DNA from: Opitutales bacterium
GTDB lineage: Bacteria; Verrucomicrobiota; Verrucomicrobiia; Opitutales; UBA2987
Direction of reading: 5' to 3'
DNA: 64,000 nt
Assembly (NCBI GenBank): GCA_965226885.1
Contig: CBDDEL010000017.1
Location: forward strand, 512,001 to 576,000
A model generated the notes under the pieces. It had not been told where the DNA came from. It ran no database searches and saw only the letters and a program-made list of their open reading frames with translations. The translations under genes were made by a program, and so were the position numbers. Positions 24,039 through 35,480 of the stretch are shown here, piece after piece (position 1 is the stretch's first letter; each line of letters begins with the position of its first letter).

Positions 24039-26602
24039 ATGCCAATTATTGAGCATTCCAACTATTCGCCGCCCTTCGGTTTTAAAAACAAGCACCTGCA
24101 AACCATTTTACCTACCTTGACCCGAAAGGTGCGCGGGATTTGCTATGAGAGAGAGCGTATAACCACTCCGGATGAGGATTTCATCGACCTTGATTGGTCG
24201 AAAATCGGGTCGCGGAAGGTTACGATATTATGCCATGGACTGGAATCCGGCTCCGGGGAGCCCTACATGATGGGAATGGTCAAAGCCTTGAACCGGAGAG
24301 GCTGGGATGCCGCCGCCATGAATTTCCGGGGCTGCAGCGGCGAGCCCAACAAGCGAATGCGCTCCTATCACAGTGGGGCATCGGACGATCTGCAGTCCGT
24401 CCTGAAATATATCCAAAGCCGTAATCGTTATGAAAAGGTTTCTCTGATCGGATTTAGCCCGGATATTTCGTAAAAAAGTATCGTTGATATGCTTAACTGC
24501 TGATATACAGCAGGATAGATCAATAATTAAAGCAATATCAGCGATGACAAAAGGTAAACAATTAAAGCTACAGTTGACAAGGGTAAAAGGCCGCCGTGTG
24601 CGGGTTGATTTCAAGGGCGGAGAGGTTACTTCGGATGCCGGACTGCTTTTGATCCGGGAAGTGGATCGGCAGTTGGGCTTGACCGAACGAGCGGCCCGAC
24701 AGTTAGTGGACAAACGGCAGAAGGGCAAAGTACGCCATGAGGTATTGGGGATGCTGCGGCAGCGCGTTTACGGGCTGGTGGCGGGCTATGAGGATTTGAA
24801 CGACTTTGATACCCTGCGCCACGATCCATTGTTGCAAACGGTAACGGGGCGCATTGAAACGTTGGCCAGCGCGCCGACTTTGTGTCGTTTTGAAAACGGG
24901 CAGGATCGGCGGGCGGCCTTTGCGGTAAACGAGCTGTTGGTCGAACAGTTCATGGGCTCCTTTGCCGAGGAACCCGAAGAGATCATCCTGGACTTTGACG
25001 GCACCGACAATCCGGTGCACGGGCTCCAGGAGGGACGTTTTTTCCACGGTTATTATGATCATTACTGTTTTCTGCCGCTATATGTTTTTTGCGGTGATCA
25101 GCTGCTGGTGGCCTACCTGCGGCCGAGCAAGATCGATGCCAGCAAGCATGCCGGGGCCATCCTCAAATTGCTGGTTAGACGGATTCGCCAAAGCTGGCCC
25201 CGTACGCGGATTATTTGGCGCGCCGACAGTGGATTTTGTCGAGACCGGATACTCTCTTGGTGCGACCGCAACGAAGTTAGTTACATCGTGGGGATGGCTC
25301 GCAATGCACGCTTGCAGCAAGACGCCCAGCAGTTGCAAAAGCAGGCCAAAGAATGGTTCGAACTAAGGGGTAAAAAACAACGGTTATTCCAGGACTTCGT
25401 CTATGCTGCCGATTCGTGGCGATGGCTGCGGTTGGTCATCCATAAAGCCGAACACACCGCACAGGGGTCCAACCCGCGCTTCGTGGTGACGAACCTGCCG
25501 GGCGATCCCCAGGAGCTTTACGACAAGGTATACTGTGGCCGCGGTGAAATGGAGAACCGCATCAAGGAACAGATGCAATTGTTCAGCGAGCGCACCAGCG
25601 CCCATCAATGGTGGGCCAATCAGTGGCGATTGCTCTTGTCGGCGCTGGCCTACACCTTGATGGAAGCCATGCGCCGGTTAGCCTTAAAAGGGACGAAGTG
25701 GGCGCGGGCCCAATGCCACACCCTGCGGCTCAAATTAATCAAGATCGGAGCGGTCATCGTGCGCAACACCCGAACGATTCACTTTCACCTAAGTGAGAGT
25801 TATCCTTGGGCCAGTCTTTTCAACCATGCGGCCCGCCGATTGGTGCCAACCTAAAGGGTGCATTGGTGCTGCCCCCGGCACTACCGAACCAATGGGGGAA
25901 AGGGGGCAGTGTCTCTACACCCTGAAAAACACCTAAAAATCAAGACGATCTGCTCAAAATACAAAGAAATCCATCTCCAATAGCAATAACGAGCCAAACT
26001 TTACCCTTCATGAAATATCCGGGTTAGTCTGGGAGGCAATCTGGTTCTCAAATACATTGGGGAAAGAGGAGCAGAGGGAAAGAGGAGCAGACATATCCCG
26101 ACAGATTGTTGCCGCCGCCGCCATCTCAGTTCCGTGTGATCTTGAATCCTGCTCCCGGCAAATGGCCCAAACCGGAAACAGATTCTATATGCGAAGGTTT
26201 ATCAAAAAACTGATTCGTAAAATGGAACCTAAATGCGCCATGCCGGGCGCGCCGTTCTGCCTGGAGGATTTTCTGCCCATGAAAACATTCGAGGAGTTCG
26301 ACGATCTTTATACGGGCCCCGTTCACGGATTTCGGGACGTGGTGGACTATTGGACTCAATGCAGCTCCCGCCAATTCCTGCCTAACATCCAAATACCGAC
26401 CTTGCTCATCAATGCGCGGGACGACCCATTTCTTTCCCCTAAATGCTACCCGGTTGAGGAAGCGAAAAAGAGCCGATACCTTTACCTGGAAATCCCGCAG
26501 CACGGCGGCCATGTCGGATTCATAACCTTTGGCGGCAAATGCGAATATTGGCATGAGGCCAAAGTATGCGATTTTTTAAGCAGCGGCAAAATGAGTGATT
26601 GA
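24039..26602 (+). pseudogene. YheT-like alpha/beta hydrolase, interrupted by IS1380 and frameshifted
   Basis: HLQT, HGLES, FRGCSG...YHSG; IS inserted in the catalytic Ser codon of GFSLGGN; 16-bp duplication 26060-26091; C-terminal DDPF, GGHVGF. Confidence 0.9.
24458..26023 (+). mobile_element. IS1380-family element, copy A (intact)
   Basis: IRs CCCGGATATTTC / GAAATATCCGGG; TSD TTAG; transposase ending 25854 (TSDAG, RADSGF, RGEMENRIKE). Confidence 0.96.
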
Positions 26603-26619
26603 AAAGCTGAAAAACCATT

Positions 26620-29600
26620 TTAAACCCGATTGATAATATCGTGCGCCTTGGCCAGGGCATTTTTCAATTCACCCAGGACGACCGGTTTTGGAATATGGCC
26701 GTTCATGGATGCGGCGATGCATTTATCGCGATCTTCTTTCTGCGCAAATGCCGTGACCGCAATAATGTAGGTGTCTCTGCGGTCGATACCCCCTTCCCCG
26801 GAACGAATCCGCCTGGTAATTTCCCATCCATTCATGGCCGGCATTTGCAAATCCAACAGCAGAACTTCATACCGGCCGGCCCGAATTTTTTCCAAGACAT
26901 CGAGACTGCTTTCAACGAGGTCTGCCCGGTAACCTAATCTGGCCAGAATTTCGAGCATGAGGCGCTGGTTGGTCGGATCGTCCTCTGCGACAAGAATATT
27001 CGGTAGTGTATAAAAAAAGAATGTTATTTTGTATTTTTAGCTGTACAAATAGCGTTAGGCAGTTTATTTTTAGTGCATGGTTACTAAAATTATTAATTGT
27101 CGGCACTGTGGAAGTGAAAATATCATTAAATTTGGCAAGACGCCCAACCATAAACAGCGCTACCGCTGCCATGATTGTGGTAAACAAAGCCGCGAAAACC
27201 CCACAGTGAAATACACCGAAGAGCAAAAAGAAATGATCCTGCGAGTCTATCAGGAACGCAGCAGTCTACGCGGTTTACAGCGCGCCTTCGGGGTGAGTCC
27301 CAACACCGTTTTGAGTTGGTTAAAAAAAACGACAATCGCTGCGACCGCTCAAAAGCACGATTCTTGCGGCCCGCCGCCATGATGTCATTGAACTGGACGA
27401 ACTGTGGTCTTTTGTGGGGCGCAAGAGCGATGCCCAATGGGTTTGGATCGCTCTTTGCCGACGCACCCGTCAAATCCTCTCCTATGCCATTGGGCCTCGG
27501 GATTGGTATCGTTGCCGGGAACTTTACGAGCGTCTGCCACGGGCCTACAAAAGATGTGCCACCTACAGCGACTTTTGGAGCACTTATGATGAAGTCTTTC
27601 CTCATAACCGATCCGTGGGAAAAGAAACCGGTGAAACGGCCCATGTGGAACGATGGAACAATACCCTGCGCCAACGACTGGGTCGTTTCACACGCAAAAC
27701 CCTCTCCTTTTCCAAGCTTAAGAGTATGCATGAAACCTGTCTGAGACTTTTCATTCATCAATATAATCAAGAATTAGCCACCATTCCTACTTAATACACT
27801 ACCGAATATTCAAAGGCTTTTCGACCGAAAAACTTATGTCCGCCTGGTTGTCCGTAGTTGGCATAGGTTTTTTCACCAACGCTTCCTCCACTTCAGAAAC
27901 TACGATCGTAAAATGAAAGGTGGAGCCTTTGCCCATTTGACTTTCGACCCAAATCCGGCCTCCCATTTTTTTGCATAAGCGCTTGCAAATGACCAAGCCC
28001 AATCCGGTGCCGCCATACTGCCGGGTGGTGGAGGAATCAACTTGGGAAAATGGTAAGAACAGTTGCTCTATCTTATCTTCGGGAATCCCGATTCCGGAGT
28101 CTCTGACCGCAAAATGGATATTCCATTGGGAATCCTCCAATTTGCTTGTGGCAACTTCAACCGACACATCTCCCTCTGCAGTGAACTTTACAGCATTGTT
28201 GACAAGGTTTAACAGGATCTGCCGCAAGCGATGGAAATCTCCTATGAAATAACTGCTGGAATCGTCATCCAGGTTGTATTTCAAACCAATATTCTTCTCC
28301 CGCGCTTTGATATTAACCAGTTCCAGCGCTTCCCGGACAGCGTCCTCCAGTTTAAATGGCGCCTCTTCCAGCTCAATGGCGCGGGATTCGATTTTGGAAA
28401 AATCAAGAACGTTATTAATCAACTCGAGCAGAGCCTTGCCGCTGCGGTTGATGATATTCACATATTCTTCCTGATCGGGTTTGATATCCGTTTGCGCCAG
28501 CAAGTCGGCAAACCCCAAAATGGCATTCATGGGGGTGCGGATTTCATGGCTCATCACGGCCAGAAATTCACCCTTGGCCAAACTCGCCGTATCGGCAATA
28601 TTTTTGGCTTTGACCAACTCGATTTCATTACGCTTGCTTTCAATAAATCCGCCGATGCTGGCGGCAACAGCGGTTAAAACAGCGACTTCGCTCTCCTCCC
28701 AAGTGCGTGACTGGGTATAGCCGGCAAATCCGATAATGCCCCAAAATTCCTTTTCCCGGAAAATGGGAACAAAAAGAGCCGAAACGTCTTCCGGCCACAT
28801 AAACAAACGGCGGGTGTCATCAGAAATTTCTCTTCCATGACCCTGAATGGCGCCGCCTACGGACAGCCTTTCGAACCATTCAGGCAATTGCTTGTGGTAG
28901 GAGAGATTCTGCAATTGAGAGTGATCTCGATCTTTGGTCGAAACCCCTTCCGGCCATTGGAATCTGAGACTCAGCTCCGTGATCTTGTTATCCGGGCTTT
29001 GACGATTTTCAAAAACATAAACCTTGTCAACGCCAGATGATTTTCCGAGATCGTCGATAGCATGGCCGATCGCTTGCTCAAAGTCCCGTATGGTTAAGAG
29101 ACTCGTTTTGGCTTTTGCCACTCCGCCCAACAGTTTGTCTCTTGCTTCCAGGGTACTAAGGGTTTCCTTTCTCTGCGTGATGTCATGAGCCAGTAAAATG
29201 ACGCTCAGTTGGCCGGAAATTACATCGGGATCCATGGGTGCCAGGCGTCCCTCGAACCAATAGTTTTTCCCTTCATGGGAAAGCGTGTATTCAATCACCT
29301 GGAGCTGCCCGGTCTCAATGGTTTTGGTGACCGCTTGATGGAGTTTATCGGCCATTTCAGAGGAGTAAAGTTCGAAATGGGTTTTGCCCCGGATTTCCAA
29401 CGCATGTTCGACTAGATGATCGTAATTGCTGCTCTCCGAAGCAAAGACTTCGAGATAACGCCCTTCGGCCGAAATAATAAAAGCGATATCAGGCATAGCA
29501 TTGAGAAAGGCCCTTAAACGCTGTTCGTTTTTGCTGATGGTTTCTTCCCGGATCTTATACTCGGTCAAAATGGAAGCCAGACTCAGGCCGGTCAGGCTGA

Positions 29601-30480
29601 GAACCCCTAAAAACACCCAGAGGTAGGCTGGAGGCTGGGAGTGTATCTTGGTAGCTTCAGGTCCTATGACTTCCTTTAATTCCCAGACGGCCATGATAGC
29701 TAAAATTAATATGCCGAGAGTGGCGCCGCGCTGGCCGTAGCGAATGCCCGCCCAGGCTAACAAGGGAAATATGGTCAACTCCAAAGGATAGCGAAGCGTA
29801 TCAGAGGGTGCCCAATTGCTGAATGCCATCCAACCGAAAAAAATGAGTGTGCACAACCAGAGGAATACCTCAATCAGTTGCCGGTTGGTGAAATTTATGC
29901 GGGTTTGGGAATACCAAACCAAAATAAACGGGCCCAGAACGACCATGCCCAAAAACTGCCCCAGCCAGCGAATCGACCAAATGTTATTGAAATCAGGTTT
30001 GAATTCAGGATGCTGCCAGACAAATGCTACGGTCGTGATGGAGGCATGGATCAGTGTGCTGAGCAGCGCGGCAATGAATATGAACCCCAGCACATCCTTC
30101 AACCGCTCAAGCGCGTTGTTGAAATTTACCAGCTTGCGAAGAGCGAATACCGCTCCGGCCATGGTTAATGAAAAAGAGGCCGCCGAAATTAGAGAGTAGG
30201 TCAAACCGCTTCCCTGCCAATAATCGGTAATCGCCGTGCCTAGGGCAAAGGCGCCCAGATACCGATAACCGAACAATAGTAAAACGGCTATGGCAAACCC
30301 GGATGGGGGCCACATAAGCGGGGCCGTTTTCTCCAATAGAGCCATTTCCAGGCCCAGGCCACCCGCAGACCCACAGTATATCAGGACCACCCCAAGATGT
30401 TTTGTAATACTCAGAGCCCATCCTCGGGCATCTCCGGGCAAATACTTGAAAAGGTCTGCTTTTCGGATCATAATAACCAC
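26620..30480 (-). pseudogene. MASE1-PAS-GAF hybrid histidine kinase with its REC domain split off by IS1
   Basis: MASE1-like TMs, FLAVMSHEIRTPMN, GGTGLGL; removing the IS1 restores KPLNILVAEDDPTNQRL. Confidence 0.9.
27002..27803 (+). mobile_element. IS1-family element type 1, copy A
   Basis: Ends GGTAGTGT / ACACTACC; 8-bp TSD GAATATTC; InsA zinc ribbon (CxxC...CxxC); InsB LDELWSF, ERWNNTLRQRL. Confidence 0.95.
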
Positions 30481-30646
30481 ACGGACTGGTTAGAAAAGTA
30501 AACCGGACCGATTAACACAATTATTCATCACTCGATAAAAATTTACAAGAAAACAGTTGCCCCAAACTGCTTTAGGCGCCCACAAAAGAAAATAATCATT
30601 CGCGATGCGCATCGCATCGGTTTAATAATTGCTTTCCTTTCACTAG

Positions 30647-31971
30647 TGACGTGTACTGGATTTGTTGGACACGGGATTCTCTTATATTCATTGTTTATTG
30701 ATTAGTGTGTCAGGCGGCTTGTTTTGGTAAAGGGTTTTGTTTTCTCGTTGCCCCCCATGGGGGGCAAATATTTTCCTCGAATTGGACTGGGCTTTGGTAA
30801 CTCAGAGAGGAATGTTTGCGATATCGGTTGTAGAAGATTTCCACGTATTCGAAGACAGTTGATCGCAGTTCGCGCTCGTCGGCAAAGTGGCGGCCTCGAA
30901 TCGTGCTGGTCTTGAAGCGGCCGTAGAACGATTCCATGGCCGCGTTGTCGTAGCAGTTGCCTTGGGCGCTCATGCTCGGCTTCATGCCTAGTTCAGAGAC
31001 CAGCCTCTGATAGTCGTCGCTGGCGTAGGGGCTGCCCCGATCGCTGTGATGAATAATCCCGGTGCGCAGTGTGCCGCGGGTCATGGCCGCGGCTTTGAGG
31101 GCCTTGCCAACCAGCTTCGCGTCGTTGTGGTTGGAAACGCTCCAGCCTAGCAGGCGTCGGCTGAACAGGTCCATCACCGTGGCCAAGTACATCCAACCGG
31201 CCAGGGTCCGTAGGTAGGTCGTGTCCGCCACCCAGACCTCGTCGATATGGGTCGGCTGGCCATGCTTTTTAAGCACATTGGGGCTGTAACCATAGGGATG
31301 GTTACTGTTGGTTTTTAATGGCTTAAAGCGTTTACTCTGGGTGCTTTTGATTCCCATTTCACGCATCAGACGCAGAGCCCGGTCACGGCCGCAATCGATG
31401 CCCTCATCATCCTTCAGATGGCGGTGCATTGGCCGATGCCCATAGCGGCCCTTGGCCTCTTTGTGTACCTTCAGGATCGCCCCCTTGATTCCCTCGTCCT
31501 CGATCCGCCGGGCCGAGGGCGCTCGGTGCCTCCAGCAGTAATAGCCACTGCGACAAATCCCCATCGCCGAGCATATTTCCTCGATCTTGAAGCGCCCCTC
31601 GTTGTCTTTGACAAACTGGTACTTCATTGTTCGTCCTTGGCAAAGTAGCCCACCGTTTTTTTTAGTATCTGGTTGATCCGCTCCGAGCGGCGCAGCTCTT
31701 TGCGAAGACGATCTATCTCGGCCGCCATCTCCTTCGGACTGCTCTGTCGCTTTGAGGTGGCTTCGCCCTGCTGATCGTCCAGATAGAGCCTCTTCCACCT
31801 ATACAATTGGTTGGTGTTGACCCCAAGTTTGGTCGATACCTCGGTGGCGCTCAGACCATCGAGTATCATCAGTTGAACTGCCTCATTTTTGAACTCTATA
31901 CTGCGTCTTCTTCCCATGCTTCGATTCTCCATTTAGGAGAATCTCGTGTCCACTTTTTCCAGTGCACATCA
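30647..31971 (-). mobile_element. IS3-family element, copy 3 (1325 bp variant)
   Basis: Same element; 4-bp TSD CTAG; intergenic. Confidence 0.97.
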
Positions 31972-32037
31972 CTAGACAGAAAATTATGATTAATTATTTT
32001 AACCTTAACCTATAGCAGGAAGCAGGAACAAGAAAAA

Positions 32038-32337
32038 ATGCCCATATATGTTTACCAGGTAGTCACCACAGACGGCAGCGAAGGGGAAACTTTCGAGTTG
32101 GATCAAAGCATGAAAGAAGCTGTCCTGACCCGGCATCCGGTAACCGGACAGCCCGTAAAGAAAGTTTATCTGCCCCCAAACATATCTACCAAACACACGC
32201 CCGGCAAAACAAAAAGTCTCATTGAAACCAAGAATGTTGAAAAGGCTGGGTTTACAAAATACGAGAGGGATAAATTAACCGGAAGATATCACAAAGTGGC
32301 CGGAAAAGAAGGCCCCAGCACTTTTACCCGGCAATAA
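32038..32337 (+). CDS. FmdB-like putative regulatory protein
   Basis: MPIYVY...FE..QSM..HP.TG.PV...GFTKY, FmdB-like but lacking the cysteines. Confidence 0.75.
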   Translation: MPIYVYQVVTTDGSEGETFELDQSMKEAVLTRHPVTGQPVKKVYLPPNISTKHTPGKTKSLIETKNVEKAGFTKYERDKLTGRYHKVAGKEGPSTFTRQ

Positions 32338-32360
32338 GGATTTTCCGAATTCCCGTGTCC

Positions 32361-32738
32361 TTATTTCTGAGTCCATTCGCCTGCTTTGCTTTGCAGCCAG
32401 ACTCCCTTTACGGATCGTTCCGCCAACATGCCAGCCCGATGCTGGCCAACCAGTTCTGCCGTGGTGTAGGTTTTGATCGCAATAATTGAATAAATGGTTT
32501 TTCGGTCACCATTTTCAGCCGCAACCAGGACAGCCTGTGCGGGGGTCAGATCCTTTCTAACCATCAGGTAGCCGATATTGTTTTCTCCCACATGTCCCGA
32601 TAACTTGAGGGCATCCAGGGTCGGTAAACGCTCGCTCATGCGCCTGCGGACAGTTATATCCTCCGTTGCCGTTAAGGAAAGCGAGAGCAAAATCAAACCG
32701 GCCAGGAAAAAGACCGCCGTTTTAAAAGATTTTTTCAT
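32361..32738 (-). CDS. YdbL/DUF1318 family protein
   Basis: Signal peptide; LKxxGxVGENNxGYL, ENxDRxxIY, GxWxQ. Confidence 0.85.
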   Translation of the reverse strand: MKKSFKTAVFFLAGLILLSLSLTATEDITVRRRMSERLPTLDALKLSGHVGENNIGYLMVRKDLTPAQAVLVAAENGDRKTIYSIIAIKTYTTAELVGQHRAGMLAERSVKGVWLQSKAGEWTQK

Positions 32739-32746
32739 GACTTGTT

Positions 32747-32941
32747 TTACTCCAATTCGCTGGTCGTATGCAGGGTAATCGATTCCTCATCCAACGGGTT
32801 GAAAAATTCTTCCAGGAAACCATCTATATAACCGGATAAATCGGCTTGTTTATTCTTTTTACCTCCCAAAATCGGAAAGCAACCTGTAAAAATCAAAATG
32901 GCGCCTAGCAAGGCCCACACCGCAAATTTCCGTAATTTCAT
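32747..32941 (-). CDS. Small lipoprotein in YnbE-like position
   Basis: Lipobox-like FTGC; lies between ydbH-like and ydbL-like genes. Confidence 0.55.
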   Translation of the reverse strand: MKLRKFAVWALLGAILIFTGCFPILGGKKNKQADLSGYIDGFLEEFFNPLDEESITLHTTSELE

Positions 32942-33009
32942 AACTCAAACAATATTTAAACGTTCCGAATTTCTTTTATTTAATGGCGGCTTTGGCAAGC
33001 ACAAGTGTA

Positions 33010-34197
33010 TCATAAAGTCGATTTTTGAATTTGGGGTAGGAAAAGGGCTTCGATTTGATGGACCCACCTGCGTAGGATTTTCACATTCTCTGACTGTGGC
33101 AAAGCAAGCTCAAAATCGACTTGGCCATCTCCCGATGCGGGTTTTCCCGCCACCCGCACTACTATTGTTTTGAGATTTTTTTGCGGATCTGAAAGCTCAA
33201 TTTCCAGGGACTGTAGTAAAATATCCGCCAGGTAATCTTGAGCCTGTTTCATTTCCAGAAATTCGGCCGAATCCAGGGCTAGGCCCTCTGACAGCCCGTC
33301 ACCCGGAGAATATCGGAGTCTTGCCACCTGTTCGCCATCCAATTCAAAATATCCTTTCAACAAATGCACGTCTTCCCTCACAATTTGAAACTCCAGAATT
33401 CCCTCCAGGAATCCCTCCGCCTCTCCCTCAAATCTAGATAATTCCCGCGCTGCCTCTTGCAACGGAAGCCCAGAAAATTTCAAGGACAGGATGAAATCAG
33501 GATTTCCCGGTACATAAGCAAAGGGTTCGCATTCAAACCTGCCGCCCAGGATATTTCCCGATAGGCGACTCACCTCAAAAATGCCACTTTGTTCAACTGC
33601 AAACTCGACCTCCACATCTTCTATTTGTAAATCGCCTAGATTGAAAATGCTGATAATTACACTTTGGGCCGGACCAATCTCGGCCATTCCACCTGCGGCT
33701 GGCCCCCTTATCTCCCCGTAAACCTGTTCCAATACAATCCCCTCCGTTGAATCTTCTGATAATTTCAGGTAGGGTATCGCAAATTCCAATTGATCCAAAG
33801 CCCCCAGCACTTCGACATCGAAAGGTTCAACCCGGTGTCCCAGAAAATTCACCTCCTCCAAATTAAGCGAGACTTGAACCGATACCTCATCGGAATCTTC
33901 TCTCCCGACATCCAATTCCATCAAGGCCCCGGCCCGCCCGTGCAGCCATTCCCCGTGGGAAAAAGCCGCTTCAGAGACCTCGCCGCGCAAGATTTCATCC
34001 TGTCCCCGGTGAAAGACATAATCAAAAGGCCCCAGTGACCATGACCGCCAATCCAACAATTCGGCATGGCCCGAAAGGGCGGCCTCGAAATGATCCGTCT
34101 TGAAATTTTTGCGCAACCCAATGTTCATCTCCTCGTTGATGAAAAGCCCGTCTGACGTGTACTGGATTTGTTGGACACGGGATTCTCTTATATTCAT
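33010..34197 (-). pseudogene. YdbH-like intermembrane lipid transport protein, C-terminal part fused to an IS-derived start
   Basis: Beta-rich repeats, GNILGG..., LRYS; upstream of ynbE/ydbL-like genes; 5' part replaced by IS3 copy 4. Confidence 0.65.
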
Positions 34198-35480
34198 TGT
34201 TTATTGATTAGTGTGTCAGGCGGCTTGTTTTGGTAAAGGGTTTTGTTTTCTCGTTGCCCCCCATGGGGGGCAAATATTTTCCTCGAATTGGACTGGGCTT
34301 TGGTAACTCAGAGAGGAATGTTTGCGATATCGGTTGTAGAAGATTTCCACGTATTCGAAGACAGTTGATCGCAGTTCGCGCTCGTCGGCAAAGTGGCGGC
34401 CTCGAATCGTGCTGGTCTTGAAGCGGCCGTAGAACGATTCCATGGCCGCGTTGTCGTAGCAGTTGCCTTGGGCGCTCATGCTCGGCTTCATGCCTAGTTC
34501 AGAGACCAGCCTCTGATAGTCGTCGCTGCCGTAGGGGCTGCCCCGATCGCTGTGATGAATAATCCCGGTGCGCAGTGTGCCGCGGGTCATGGCCGCGGCT
34601 TTGAGGGCCTTGCCAACCAGCTTCGCGTCGTTGTGGTTGGAAACGCTCCAGCCCAGCAGGCGTCGGCTGAACAGGTCCATCACCGTGGCCAAGTACATCC
34701 AACCGGCCAGGGTCCGTAGGTAGGTCGTGTCCGCCACCCAGACCTCGTCGATATGGGTCGGCTGGCCATGCTTTTTAAGCACATTGGGGCTGTAACCATA
34801 GGGATGGTTACTGTTGGTTTTTAATGGCTTAAAGCGTTTACTCTGGGTGCTTTTGATTCCCATTTCACGCATCAGACGCAGAGCCCGGTCACGGCCGCAA
34901 TCGATGCCCTCATCATCCTTCAGATGGCGGTGCATTGGCCGATGCCCATAGCGGCCCTTGGCCTCTTTGTGTACCTTCAGGATCGCCCCCTTGATTCCCT
35001 CGTCCTCGATCCGCCGGGCCGAGGGCGCTCGGTGCCTCCAGCAGTAATAGCCACTGCGACAAATCCCCATCGCCGAGCATATTTCCTCGATCTTGAAGCG
35101 CCCCTCGTTGTCTTTGACAAACTGGTACTTCATTGTTCGTCCTTGGCAAAGTAGCCCACCGTTTTTTTTAGTATCTGGTTGATCCGCTCCGAGCGGCGCA
35201 GCTCTTTGCGAAGACGATCTATCTCGGCCGCCATCTCCTTCGGACTGCTCTGTCGCTTTGAGGTGGCTTCGCCCTGCTGATCGTCCAGATAGAGCCTCTT
35301 CCACCTATACAATTGGTTGGTGTTGACCCCAAGTTTGGTCGATACCTCGGTGGCGCTCAGACCATCGAGTATCATCAGTTGAACTGCCTCATTTTTGAAC
35401 TCTATACTAAAGCGTCTTCTTCCCATGCTTCGATTCTCCATTTAGGAGAATCTCGTGTCCACTTTTTCCAGTGCACATCA
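34153..35480 (-). mobile_element. IS3-family element, copy 4 (no TSD)
   Basis: Same element; flanks CGTC / GCTA; left end abuts an IS1380 fragment. Confidence 0.97.

Noticed and set aside
25856..25922. HDV-like ribozyme in the IS1380 3' region
   Set aside because: The nested pairing is superficially similar, but there is no catalytic C in the strand before the last helix and no P4; kept only as a generic structure
30602..30615. Perfect palindrome GCGATGCGCATCGC upstream of the MASE1 kinase
   Set aside because: Single occurrence with no recognisable operator consensus; may partly result from a 5-bp GCATC duplication
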